Source of the DNA: Paludibacteraceae bacterium
Lineage (GTDB): Bacteria > Bacteroidota > Bacteroidia > Bacteroidales > Paludibacteraceae
Length of the DNA: 64,000 nt
Direction of reading: 5' to 3'
Assembly (NCBI GenBank): GCA_017448985.1
Contig: JAFSKL010000010.1
Location: 20,250 to 84,249, forward strand
Below are positions 9,144 through 17,627 of this stretch, one piece after another. The translations under genes and the position numbers were made by a program. The notes beneath the pieces are model-generated. The model saw only the letters and a program-made list of their open reading frames with translations. It was not told the origin of the DNA and did not search any database. The stretch's first letter is position 1. Each line of letters starts with the position of its first letter.

Positions 9144-10217
9144 ATGAGTTCAGATAAATTATATTTGCCGGGATTAAATGGAATACGAGCAGTAGCGGCA
9201 TTAACCGTATTGTTCGGCCATATGTGGACTCCGTTCGGCAATTGGGGCGTTTCGCCTTCATGGCATATTCCTTGGCCATCGGGACCGGTAACGACATTCT
9301 TCGTCATAAGCGGCTTCCTTATTACCTATCTCTTAATGAACGAGATTGGCAAAACGGACGATGTCAGTATTCCGAAGTTCTACATGCGTCGAATCCTACG
9401 AATTTGGCCGCTTTATTATGTTTATTTGGCTCTTGCCCTATTAGCTGTTTGGCTCTTTCGTGACGAAATTAACAATGCCGCGTGGTTTTATGCGTTTTTC
9501 TCCGGTAACATATCGCACGCTTTAGGAATCGGAATTATTCCGCTATTCCATTTCTGGAGTTTAGGCGTTGAAGAGCAGTATTACCTGTGGTATCCTTGGA
9601 TGGTAAAGTACAACAAGAAACGCGTGCTTACCTTTGTGTCTGTGTTGCTTGTATGTTGGTTCGGCGCAAAATTAGCCGCATATTTCTTTCTCGGCAAAGG
9701 TCTTATGTATCGTATCTTAGGCGTTACACAGTTTGATTGTATGATGTTAGGAGCGATAGGCGCAATTATGTACTACCGCAAAACAGAATGGTTTGTCAAA
9801 CTTTGTTCCAGTAGATTCGTGGCTATTGTGGCTTGGATTCTATTCTTCACATCCGGTCTGTACGCGAATTATATCCCGTCTCCGATACGCAACGAATATA
9901 TCGCGTTTGTTTCGTTATTTGTAATTATGTCTGGTCTGTTGCGCAAGCCGCTTTTAGAGAACCGGGTAATGAACTACTTAGGACAAATCTCATATGGCAT
10001 TTATGTAATCCATCCTTTGTTATTGTACATCCTTACGCGTCTCATACATCCGGCTGAATTCATGCAGAATGATGTGGCGTCTGTTGTGATTTTTGTTGCC
10101 ATAACTGCTCTCACAATAGGAATCGCGTCGCTATCGTACAAATACTTTGAAATGCCCTTCTTGCGAATAAAAGGCAAGTTTAGCGTAGTGCAGAGTACAA
10201 ATGCGAATGACAGATAA
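9144..10217 (+). CDS. Acyltransferase family 3 (integral-membrane O-acyltransferase)
   Basis: LPGLNGIRAVAALTVLFGH N-terminal motif and about 10 hydrophobic helices. Start set at ATG 9144. Confidence 0.8.
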   Translation: MSSDKLYLPGLNGIRAVAALTVLFGHMWTPFGNWGVSPSWHIPWPSGPVTTFFVISGFLITYLLMNEIGKTDDVSIPKFYMRRILRIWPLYYVYLALALLAVWLFRDEINNAAWFYAFFSGNISHALGIGIIPLFHFWSLGVEEQYYLWYPWMVKYNKKRVLTFVSVLLVCWFGAKLAAYFFLGKGLMYRILGVTQFDCMMLGAIGAIMYYRKTEWFVKLCSSRFVAIVAWILFFTSGLYANYIPSPIRNEYIAFVSLFVIMSGLLRKPLLENRVMNYLGQISYGIYVIHPLLLYILTRLIHPAEFMQNDVASVVIFVAITALTIGIASLSYKYFEMPFLRIKGKFSVVQSTNANDR

Positions 10218-10554
10218 ATCCCGCACCCGTCTGTTCACTCCTCGGTGCTATCCCACCGAGTATCTTTCTTCCTTTCCGCGGAATTGAATCCCGCTATTCT
10301 TCGTCTATTACGTCCAAATTGTATTTGGACATTTTCAGTGTCCCGTGCTCGCGATTTCTATGAGCGAGTCTCCCTGTGCCTGCATAGCTCCCTTTCGGGA
10401 TACCGGTGTCCCGCTATTCCGGGATCCCGCTTGTCTTCGTCTATTTCTCCGGCATTGAATGCCGGTCTCTTTCTATGTCCATTGTGTCGGATGCTATCCG
10501 ACATCAGCAATTTTTGCATTTTTTGCATTTTTCTTACATTTTTGCGCCCCAAAA

Positions 10555-10586
10555 TTTGCATATCTCAACATTTTTTTGTATCTTTG
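10555..10586 (+). promoter_or_regulatory. Orphan consensus promoter inside a 760-bp noncoding region
   Basis: TTTGCATATC, 20 nt spacer, TATCTTTG. No credible ORF follows for ~390 nt. Confidence 0.5.
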
Positions 10587-10668
10587 CACTCGATTTCAGA
10601 CAGAACCCCTCAACATCCATGTATTATATACAAAGTATATAATACTAACAAAAACGAAAGCAAAATTT

Positions 10669-10723
10669 AGTGCGTGATAAGTGCGTCGTAAGTGCGCGGT
10701 AAGTGCGCGGTAAGTACGAGATA
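10669..10723. repeat. 11-bp tandem array x5
   Basis: AGTGCGTGATA AGTGCGTCGTA AGTGCGCGGTA AGTGCGCGGTA AGTACGAGATA. Confidence 0.9.
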
Positions 10724-10734
10724 ATAGGGGTTGT

Positions 10735-10767
10735 CAGATACGCGTCAGGTATGCGTTAGGTACGCGT
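10735..10767. repeat. 11-bp tandem array x3
   Basis: CAGATACGCGT CAGGTATGCGT TAGGTACGCGT. Confidence 0.85.
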
Positions 10768-10918
10768 CTAGAACCCTTCAATATGCAAACATCAAAATTC
10801 CCGTTTCTATGCCCAACTCAAAGGCAAACCCAATCCTATCGCACCCAAAGACAAAGACGACAACTTCATCCGCGCCGCTTGATATTTTTAGATAATTTTG
10901 CGCTTTTTTCTCTTTTTA

Positions 10919-10950
10919 TTTGCATATATGCAAAATTTGTTGTAACTTTG
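10919..10950 (+). promoter_or_regulatory. lepA promoter
   Basis: TTTGCATATATGCAAA palindrome supplies the -33. 20 nt spacer, TAACTTTG. Confidence 0.65.
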
Positions 10951-10981
10951 TGCCCGATTTTAGTTTGGGTAAGTAGGACCT

Positions 10982-12793
10982 ATGAAGAATATACGGAATT
11001 TTTGTATCATTGCGCATATAGACCACGGCAAGAGTACGCTGGCGGACAGGATGTTAGAGTTGACGGGTACCGTCGATGTTCGCAGCATGGAAGCACAGGT
11101 GCTCGACGACATGGACCTGGAGAAAGAACGGGGCATCACGATAAAGAGCCATGCGATACAGATGAATTATAAGTATAGGGGTGACGGGTTACCGGTTACG
11201 GGTGACGGGATGTTCACTCTTAATCTCATCGATACTCCGGGGCATGTGGATTTCAGTTATGAAGTGAGCCGGAGTATAGCGGCTTGCGAGGGAGCGGTGT
11301 TAGTTGTAGATGCGACGCAAGGCGTTCAGGCGCAGACGATATCGAACCTGTACATGGCCATCGAGCACGACCTCGAGATCATTCCCGTGATCAACAAATG
11401 CGACATGGACAATGCGATGCCGGAGCGTGTGGAGGACGAGATAATAGACCTGTTGGGTTGCAAGCGCGAGGAGATACTGCGTTGTTCGGCGAAGACGGGC
11501 GAGGGCGTGACGGAGATATTAGATGCCATCGTGGAGCGTATCCCGGCACCGGTGGGCGACCCCGACGCACCGCTGCAATGCCTCGTCTTCGACTCTGTAT
11601 TCAACTCGTTCCGCGGTATCATAGCCTACTTCAAAGTGGTGAACGGGACGATGCACACGGGTGACCGCGTGCGGTTTGTGAACACGGGCAAGGAGTACGA
11701 CGCGGACGAGATAGGTATCCTCAAATTAGACATGAGCCCTCGCAAGGAGATAAGCGCCGGCAATGTGGGGTACATCATCTCGGGCATCAAGACCTCGACC
11801 GAGGTCAAAGTGGGCGACACGATCACGCATGTGGCGCGACCGTGCGAGGCGGCGATAGACGGTTTCGAAGAAGCCAAGCCGATGGTGTTCGCGGGCGTCT
11901 ATCCGATAGAGACGGAAGACTACGAGGACCTGCGGGCATCGTTAGAAAAGCTGCAGCTGAACGACGCGAGTCTGACGTTCCAGCCGGAGAGTTCGATGGC
12001 GTTGGGCTTCGGTTTCCGCTGCGGGTTCCTCGGGTTACTGCACATGGAGATAGTGCAGGAGCGTCTGGACCGCGAGTTCGACATGGACGTTATCACCACG
12101 GTGCCGAATGTGTCGTACAATGTCTATACCAAAGACGGCAACATGGTGGAGGTACACAACCCCGCGGGAATGCCGGACCTGACGGAGATAGACCGCATTG
12201 AGGAGCCGTACATCCGCGCGAGCGTCATCACCGTGGCCGATTACATAGGGCCGATCATGACGCTGTGTTTGGGCAAGCGCGGCGAACTGGTCAAGCAGGA
12301 GTACATCAGCGGTAACCGTATGGAGCTGCTGTTCGACATGCCGTTAGGCGAGATAGTGATCGATTTCTACGACAAGCTCAAGTCGATCAGCAAGGGCTAC
12401 GCGTCGTTCGACTGGCACATGAACGGCTTCCGTCCGTCCAACCTCGTCAAGCTGGACATCCTGCTGAACGGCGAGCAAGTGGACGCACTCTCTACCCTCA
12501 CCCATCGCGACAATGCTACGGACTTCGGCCGGCGCATGTGCGAGAAACTCAAAGAGTTGCTACCTCGCCAACAGTTCGACATAGCGATACAGGCGGCGAT
12601 AGGTGCGAAGATCATTGCGCGGGAGACCGTGAAGCAGGTGCGCAAGGATGTGTTGGCCAAGTGTTACGGCGGTGATGTGAGCCGTAAGCGCAAGCTGCTC
12701 GAGAAGCAGAAACGCGGCAAGAAGCGGATGAAACAAATAGGCAATGTGGAAGTGCCGCAAAAAGCCTTCCTCGCTGTTTTGAAACTGGATTAG
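10982..12793 (+). CDS. lepA: Translation elongation factor 4
   Basis: [33 protein letters not shown], and C-terminal [23 protein letters not shown]. In-frame heptamer array at 11179-11209. Confidence 0.95.
   Translation: MKNIRNFCIIAHIDHGKSTLADRMLELTGTVDVRSMEAQVLDDMDLEKERGITIKSHAIQMNYKYRGDGLPVTGDGMFTLNLIDTPGHVDFSYEVSRSIAACEGAVLVVDATQGVQAQTISNLYMAIEHDLEIIPVINKCDMDNAMPERVEDEIIDLLGCKREEILRCSAKTGEGVTEILDAIVERIPAPVGDPDAPLQCLVFDSVFNSFRGIIAYFKVVNGTMHTGDRVRFVNTGKEYDADEIGILKLDMSPRKEISAGNVGYIISGIKTSTEVKVGDTITHVARPCEAAIDGFEEAKPMVFAGVYPIETEDYEDLRASLEKLQLNDASLTFQPESSMALGFGFRCGFLGLLHMEIVQERLDREFDMDVITTVPNVSYNVYTKDGNMVEVHNPAGMPDLTEIDRIEEPYIRASVITVADYIGPIMTLCLGKRGELVKQEYISGNRMELLFDMPLGEIVIDFYDKLKSISKGYASFDWHMNGFRPSNLVKLDILLNGEQVDALSTLTHRDNATDFGRRMCEKLKELLPRQQFDIAIQAAIGAKIIARETVKQVRKDVLAKCYGGDVSRKRKLLEKQKRGKKRMKQIGNVEVPQKAFLAVLKLD
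11179..11209. repeat. Heptamer array x4 inside lepA
   Basis: GGGTGAC GGGTTAC CGGTTAC GGGTGAC GGG. Encodes [10 protein letters not shown]. Confidence 0.85.
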
Positions 12794-12802
12794 TTTCAAA
12801 AC

Positions 12803-12830
12803 AATGAATAATGATTAATGAATAATGAAT
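12803..12830. repeat. AATGAAT-family heptamer array x4 (left flank of the four-helix-bundle gene)
   Basis: AATGAAT AATGATT AATGAAT AATGAAT. Confidence 0.9.
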
Positions 12831-12847
12831 ATCTCGCTGAATGTAAC

Positions 12848-13237
12848 ATGGAAGAAACTAAAATATACAATTTAGGCATATTAGAAGATAAAACATATTC
12901 GTTTGCGCTACGAATCATCAAAGCACATAAATATCTAACAGACAAGAATGAATATATTCTCTCAAAACAACTCCTTCGTTCAGGAACTTCCATTGGGGCA
13001 AACTGTCGAGAGGCCACATTCGCTCAAAGTAAGCAAGACTTTGTTAACAAATTAAGTATAGCTTTAAAAGAGACAAACGAAAGTATCTATTGGATAGAAC
13101 TATTGCATGATTCCGGATTTATTACCGATGATAGCTTTGATTCCATTCATGCTGATGGCACAGAAATATTAAAACTATTAATCGCTATCATTAAAACATC
13201 AAAAAGTAATATCCAAAAAATTAAAGATATTCATTAA
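12848..13237 (+). CDS. Four-helix-bundle protein (23S rRNA intervening-sequence protein family)
   Basis: SIGANCREATFAQSKQDFVNKLSIALKETNESIYWIELL is the family signature. Very AT-rich. Flanked by inverted heptamer arrays. The longer start at 12818 lies inside the repeat. Confidence 0.8.
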   Translation: MEETKIYNLGILEDKTYSFALRIIKAHKYLTDKNEYILSKQLLRSGTSIGANCREATFAQSKQDFVNKLSIALKETNESIYWIELLHDSGFITDDSFDSIHADGTEILKLLIAIIKTSKSNIQKIKDIH

Positions 13238-13266
13238 TCATTATTAATTATTAATTATTCATTAAT
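13229..13266. repeat. Inverted AATGAAT-family array x5 (right flank of the four-helix-bundle gene)
   Basis: ATTCATT AATCATT ATTAATT ATTAATT ATTCATT AAT. This is the reverse complement of the left-flank family. Confidence 0.9.
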
Positions 13267-14574
13267 ATGTTAGAACATTTGATTCCGGCGTGGATGCTAA
13301 TCCCGTTTGTAGTGATGCTGCTATGCATCGCAGTGCTTCCGCTGATTCCTCATGTGGGCGAGTGGTGGGAGCATAATGTACACAAGCTGTATGTTTCGCT
13401 GATCCTCGGCGTGCCCGTAGGTTTCTGGCTGTGCGCACACGGCATGAGTCACGAGCTGATTCACCAGATGATCTTCGACTATGTGCCTTTCATCCTGCTG
13501 CTGATGGCGCTGTTTGTAACGACCGGCGGTATCTGTATCCGAGGTGACTTGAAAGCGACACCGCAGACTAACACGATCATCTTAGCTATCGGCTGGGTGC
13601 TGGCTTCGTTCATGGGAACGACCGGTGCAGCGATGCTGCTCATCCGTCTGCTGTTGGCAACCATCTCGCAACGCAAGTACAAAGTGCACACGGTCCTTTT
13701 CTTCATCGCCATCGTGGCTAACTGCGGCGGTCTGCTGTCTCCGCTCGGCGATCCTCCTTTGTTCCTGCTGTTCCAGAAAGGTACGCCGTTCATGTGGTGG
13801 CTTCAGAACATGCTTCCCGAATGGGCGCTGACAGGAGCTCTGCTTCTCGGTATCTACTTTGTGATCGATGTCTATTTCTACAAGAAAGAGCCGGTGGAGA
13901 ACATCATGGCCGATGTGCGCGAGAGCACCAAGATGCAGGCGACGGGTCTGATCAATATCTTCTGGCTGCTGTGCGTGGTGGCGAGCACGATGTTCATCAA
14001 CTCGACTTATATCCCTGCGATGGGTGGCGAACATGCACCATGGTACCTCAAACTGCTGCGCGAGTGGGTCTTCATCGCCATCATCGCCGGTTCGTGGCTG
14101 ACGACGAAGAAGGAAGTGCGGGTGAAGAACAACTACAGCTGGACGCCTATCCTCGAAGTAGCATGTGTCTTCTTAGGAATTTTCGCCACGATGACTCCTG
14201 CTCTGATGTTCCTGCAGCAGAACCCGCTGCCCGTCACGGCTCCGTGGCAGTTCGTCTATTGTACGGGTGCCCTCTCGGCGTTCCTGGACAATGCGCCTAC
14301 GGCCATGGTCTTCCATGCTACGGCTACCACTATCCCGTTAGCTGAAGGCGTAGAAGCGGTGGCAGGTATCGCACCGGAGTTCATGAAGGCTATCTCGATG
14401 GGTGCCGTGTTCTTCGGAGCGCTCACCTATATCGGTAACGGACCTAACTTCATGGTCAAGTCCATCGCCGAGCAGGAAGGAATCGATATGCCGTCGTTCT
14501 TCGGCTATATGATTAAGTTCAGCTTGATCATTCTCCTGCCTGTTTATATCATCGTTCAAATAATATTTATTTGA
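13267..14574 (+). CDS. Ion transporter of the ArsB/NhaD (citrate transporter-like) permease superfamily
   Basis: 435 aa, polytopic. GGLLSPLGDPPLFL and FLDNAPTA motifs are typical of NhaD-type Na+/H+ antiporters. Confidence 0.7.
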   Translation: MLEHLIPAWMLIPFVVMLLCIAVLPLIPHVGEWWEHNVHKLYVSLILGVPVGFWLCAHGMSHELIHQMIFDYVPFILLLMALFVTTGGICIRGDLKATPQTNTIILAIGWVLASFMGTTGAAMLLIRLLLATISQRKYKVHTVLFFIAIVANCGGLLSPLGDPPLFLLFQKGTPFMWWLQNMLPEWALTGALLLGIYFVIDVYFYKKEPVENIMADVRESTKMQATGLINIFWLLCVVASTMFINSTYIPAMGGEHAPWYLKLLREWVFIAIIAGSWLTTKKEVRVKNNYSWTPILEVACVFLGIFATMTPALMFLQQNPLPVTAPWQFVYCTGALSAFLDNAPTAMVFHATATTIPLAEGVEAVAGIAPEFMKAISMGAVFFGALTYIGNGPNFMVKSIAEQEGIDMPSFFGYMIKFSLIILLPVYIIVQIIFI

Positions 14575-14578
14575 AAAA

Positions 14579-14606
14579 GGACAATGGAAAATGGATAATG
14601 TACAAT
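14579..14606. repeat. Heptamer array x4 (left arm)
   Basis: GGACAAT GGAAAAT GGATAAT GTACAAT. Confidence 0.9.
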
Positions 14607-14613
14607 TAATATT

Positions 14614-14641
14614 TCATTTTCAATTTTCAATTTTCAATTTG
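14614..14641. repeat. Heptamer array x4 in opposite orientation (right arm)
   Basis: TCATTTT CAATTTT CAATTTT CAATTTG. Confidence 0.9.
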
Positions 14642-14642
14642 T

Positions 14643-15293
14643 ATGAGTTTCATAGATAACATCATCACGTGGTACTCGGCGCATATGAGCTATGCGTCGA
14701 TTACTGCTTTGATGGCTGTGGAAAGTTCGTTCATTCCTTTCCCGAGCGAAGTGGTGATTCCTCCTGCAGCGTTCGTAGCGGGTCAGCCGGAGAGCGTGCT
14801 GTGCACAACGGGCAACTACCCTATTGATGTGCTGCTGATCGTGCTCTTCGGCACGCTTGGTGCGATAATAGGCGCCGTGATCAACTACGGCCTGAGTGTA
14901 TGGCTCGGACGAATCATCATCTATAAGTTCGCGGATTCACGCCTTGGGCACCTGTGCCTGCTCTCGAGCGAGAAGATAGAGAAAGCGGAGGCGTACTTCC
15001 GTGAGAAAGGCAATGTATCGACCTTCATCGGACGATTCATCCCGGGAATCCGGCAGCTCATATCTATCCCTGCGGGCCTGAGCCGTATGAACTTCGGCGC
15101 GTTCCTCTGGTGGACCTTCCTCGGAGCGTTCATCTGGAATTGCATCCTGGCGGCGCTGGGCTACTTAGCTGCCGGACAAATGGACCTGATAAAAGAATAT
15201 AGCCACGAACTATCCGTAGCTATACTCGTCATTCTCGGCTTGGCAATCGTGTTCTTCGTTGTCAAGCGCTTGCTAAAAGCTAAAAAAGATTAG
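14643..15293 (+). CDS. DedA family membrane protein
   Basis: ESSFIPFPSEVVIPPA and FIGRFIPGIRQLISIPAG DedA/SNARE-associated motifs. Confidence 0.8.
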   Translation: MSFIDNIITWYSAHMSYASITALMAVESSFIPFPSEVVIPPAAFVAGQPESVLCTTGNYPIDVLLIVLFGTLGAIIGAVINYGLSVWLGRIIIYKFADSRLGHLCLLSSEKIEKAEAYFREKGNVSTFIGRFIPGIRQLISIPAGLSRMNFGAFLWWTFLGAFIWNCILAALGYLAAGQMDLIKEYSHELSVAILVILGLAIVFFVVKRLLKAKKD

Positions 15294-16240
15294 GCTTTGA
15301 GCCAGGCGATGATTGCTTTGCGTTTGTCGATCACTTCGGCGAGGAGGCATCCAGCCACCCAACCGAGCAGGAAGAGCAACGCTACACACTGACGACGACC
15401 GTTCACGGGTTTGGGGTCTGCCACAAAGTGGTTCTCCAGCACTACGGGAGCGGTCGCTAATTGTAAGCGGTAGTCGCCTTGCTGCAGGTGTTGCTGCTGC
15501 TTGTATATCTCCTCGAGGAAGAGATGGATTCGACGGTCACCGTAGAAATTAACGCCGTTCCCGCTGTAAGCAGCAGGCTGAACGGGCACTGTTCCTGCAA
15601 AATAGTACGCGCTGGTGAGGCTGTCGAGCTTGAGCGCCTGCGCATGGTTGAAAGCGACTTCGGCCTCCAGGTTGCGGCGATAGGTGCCGAACGACTGCTG
15701 CAATGCCTCGTTGGCATTGAGGAAATCGAGCAAGGCCTGCTCCACCTCCGGCAGTTTTTTCAAGTCACGCGACTTGATGCGGAACTGCAGGCACAGACGG
15801 TCCTGCATCTGTACATTGAGCGTGTCCTTGGGCGAGGACTTGCGCTTGAAATCGACAAAGTCCGCCACGCCGTCATGGCGACAGTCCACTACGCGGAAAG
15901 TCTGAAAAGCCTGTACCTGATGCTCCTTGATGAACGGCAGTATAGCGGCATCGTCAGGTATCGAACGACTTGAACGGAGCGGCGCAAAAGCCTGCTCGAA
16001 CTGCGGCAGCGAAGCACCGTTGATGAAAGCCACCGCGTTCATCTTGAAGGTAATGTTCGCTTCACGCGTATGGTAGAGAGCCACTGCCACCGCCAAGAAA
16101 ACAAGGGCCAACACCAGCCACCAGTAGCGCCACGAGAGGCGTAACATATGCGCCAACAGGCGCCATAAAGCGGCACAGCCGCGACCTATAGCACGGCCAC
16201 ACACCACGCAAAGGTCCCAAAAATTCATTTCTCGTTCCAT
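15290..16240 (-). CDS. Hypothetical membrane protein (N- and C-terminal TM helices)
   Basis: 316-aa ORF immediately downstream of ftsZ. Topology is TM helix, large soluble region, TM helix. No domain recognised. Its stop overlaps the dedA stop convergently. Confidence 0.55.
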   Translation of the reverse strand: MEREMNFWDLCVVCGRAIGRGCAALWRLLAHMLRLSWRYWWLVLALVFLAVAVALYHTREANITFKMNAVAFINGASLPQFEQAFAPLRSSRSIPDDAAILPFIKEHQVQAFQTFRVVDCRHDGVADFVDFKRKSSPKDTLNVQMQDRLCLQFRIKSRDLKKLPEVEQALLDFLNANEALQQSFGTYRRNLEAEVAFNHAQALKLDSLTSAYYFAGTVPVQPAAYSGNGVNFYGDRRIHLFLEEIYKQQQHLQQGDYRLQLATAPVVLENHFVADPKPVNGRRQCVALLFLLGWVAGCLLAEVIDKRKAIIAWLKA

Positions 16241-16243
16241 TTT

Positions 16244-16271
16244 AATGAATAATTAATAATGAATAATGAAT
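16244..16271. repeat. AATGAAT-family array x4
   Basis: AATGAAT AATTAAT AATGAAT AATGAAT. Nearly identical to 12803-12830, including the following ATCT. Confidence 0.9.
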
Positions 16272-16307
16272 ATCTTTTTATGTGAATATGCTTTCGTCTC
16301 ACGAGAT

Positions 16308-16335
16308 AATCATTAATCATTAACCATTGATAATT
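16308..16335. repeat. Inverted AATGAAT-family array x4, overlapping the ftsZ stop
   Basis: AATCATT AATCATT AACCATT GATAATT. Confidence 0.85.
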
Positions 16336-17587
16336 ACTTTCTTCTAATCCATCCGAACGGTCGGTGAGCAGGTTGCTCCGGCTGTTCCTCCGCTTTGGGT
16401 TCGTCCTCGACGGTAATGACCACCTCTTCGGCAGAGGTCGATTCGGGCCGTTCCTTCGTCTGACGAGGCAGCGTGTCACCCCCTTCGGCAAACAGCGTCT
16501 CGCTCAGGTCGATCAGCTGTGCCTTCTCGTCCTCTAAGGGTTTGGGCACCTGCGGCGGGTAGTTGGCATCGATAGCCTCGGCTATCGTTTTCTTGCCTTC
16601 CACCTCTTCCTCGGATGGCAGCCCGTCGACCTTGTATCCCGTGGCAATGACCGTGACGCGCACTTCCTCGCCCAGCGTCTCGTCGATGGAAGCGCCCCAC
16701 TGCACTTCGATGTCCTCGCCCACTTCCTGGACGAAATCGTTGATCTGGTCGATCTCCTCCATGACGATGGCGTGCTCGGTGGAGCAGTAGAACTGCAGCA
16801 GGATTCGTTCGGCGCCGTGCACATCGTTGGTGTTGACCAGCGGCGAGTTGAGGGCATCGTTGATGGCATTGGTGATACGCCGTTCGCCGGAAGCCCGACC
16901 GATGTTCATGATGGCTACTCCACCCTTGCGGAGTGTGTTGCGCACATCGGCAAAGTCCGTATTGATGTACCCGGGCACCGTGATGATCTCCGCAATCGCT
17001 CTGGCTGCGTTGGCCACCACATCGTCCGACTTGCTGAACGCATTGAGCAGGTTGAGTTCCGGGTAGATCTGTTTGAGTTTCTCATTATTAATAATGAGAA
17101 GCGCGTCCACATGCTTGGCCAGACGAGCCACGCCTGTCATTGCTTTCTCTATCTTCTTCTTGCCCTCGAACGCAAACGGGATCGTGACGATACCAACGGT
17201 CAGTATGCCCATTTCCTGCGCCACCTCCGCCACGACGGCCGAAGCACCGGTACCCGTACCGCCACCCATTCCGGCGGTGATGAACAGCATCTGCGTGCCA
17301 TCATTGAGCGCCTCGCGTATATGCTCGCGGCTCTCCTCGGCGTACTGACGCGCGGTCTCGGGATCGCCGCCGGCACCCAGACCCGGACCCAATTGCAGCT
17401 TACTCGGTACCGACGATTTGATGAGCACCTGGCGATCGGTGTTGCAAACGAGGAAGGTCACATCTTTCAGACCCTGACGGTGCATGTAGTTGACCGCATT
17501 GCAGCCGCCTCCACCTACGCCGATCACTTTGATGATACTATCCTCTGTCAAGCCTTCCAAAGGCAGTGTAATTAAATTATCTTCCAT
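16334..17587 (-). CDS. ftsZ: Cell division protein FtsZ
   Basis: GVGGGGCNAVN and GMGGGTGTGA tubulin signature motifs. Confidence 0.97.
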   Translation of the reverse strand: MEDNLITLPLEGLTEDSIIKVIGVGGGGCNAVNYMHRQGLKDVTFLVCNTDRQVLIKSSVPSKLQLGPGLGAGGDPETARQYAEESREHIREALNDGTQMLFITAGMGGGTGTGASAVVAEVAQEMGILTVGIVTIPFAFEGKKKIEKAMTGVARLAKHVDALLIINNEKLKQIYPELNLLNAFSKSDDVVANAARAIAEIITVPGYINTDFADVRNTLRKGGVAIMNIGRASGERRITNAINDALNSPLVNTNDVHGAERILLQFYCSTEHAIVMEEIDQINDFVQEVGEDIEVQWGASIDETLGEEVRVTVIATGYKVDGLPSEEEVEGKKTIAEAIDANYPPQVPKPLEDEKAQLIDLSETLFAEGGDTLPRQTKERPESTSAEEVVITVEDEPKAEEQPEQPAHRPFGWIRRK

Positions 17588-17591
17588 AACG

Positions 17592-17627
17592 ATTCAATTT
17601 TCCATTTTTCCATTTTCCATTTTCCTA
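17592..17627. repeat. Heptamer array x5 filling the ftsA-ftsZ spacer
   Basis: ATTCAAT TTTCCAT TTTTCCAT TTTCCAT TTTCCTA. The last unit holds the ftsA stop. Confidence 0.85.

Noticed and set aside
9044-9307. 87-aa minus-strand ORF overlapping the structured element and the acyltransferase start
   Set aside because: It overlaps a well-supported membrane acyltransferase on the other strand and has no promoter or motifs.
10245-11172. Track ORFs 10245-10670, 10406-10642, 10459-10677 and 10783-11172 in the gap upstream of lepA
   Set aside because: They have low-complexity, Cys/Phe/Ser-rich translations and run through promoter boxes and hairpins. The last one overlaps lepA out of frame. I treat the region as noncoding.
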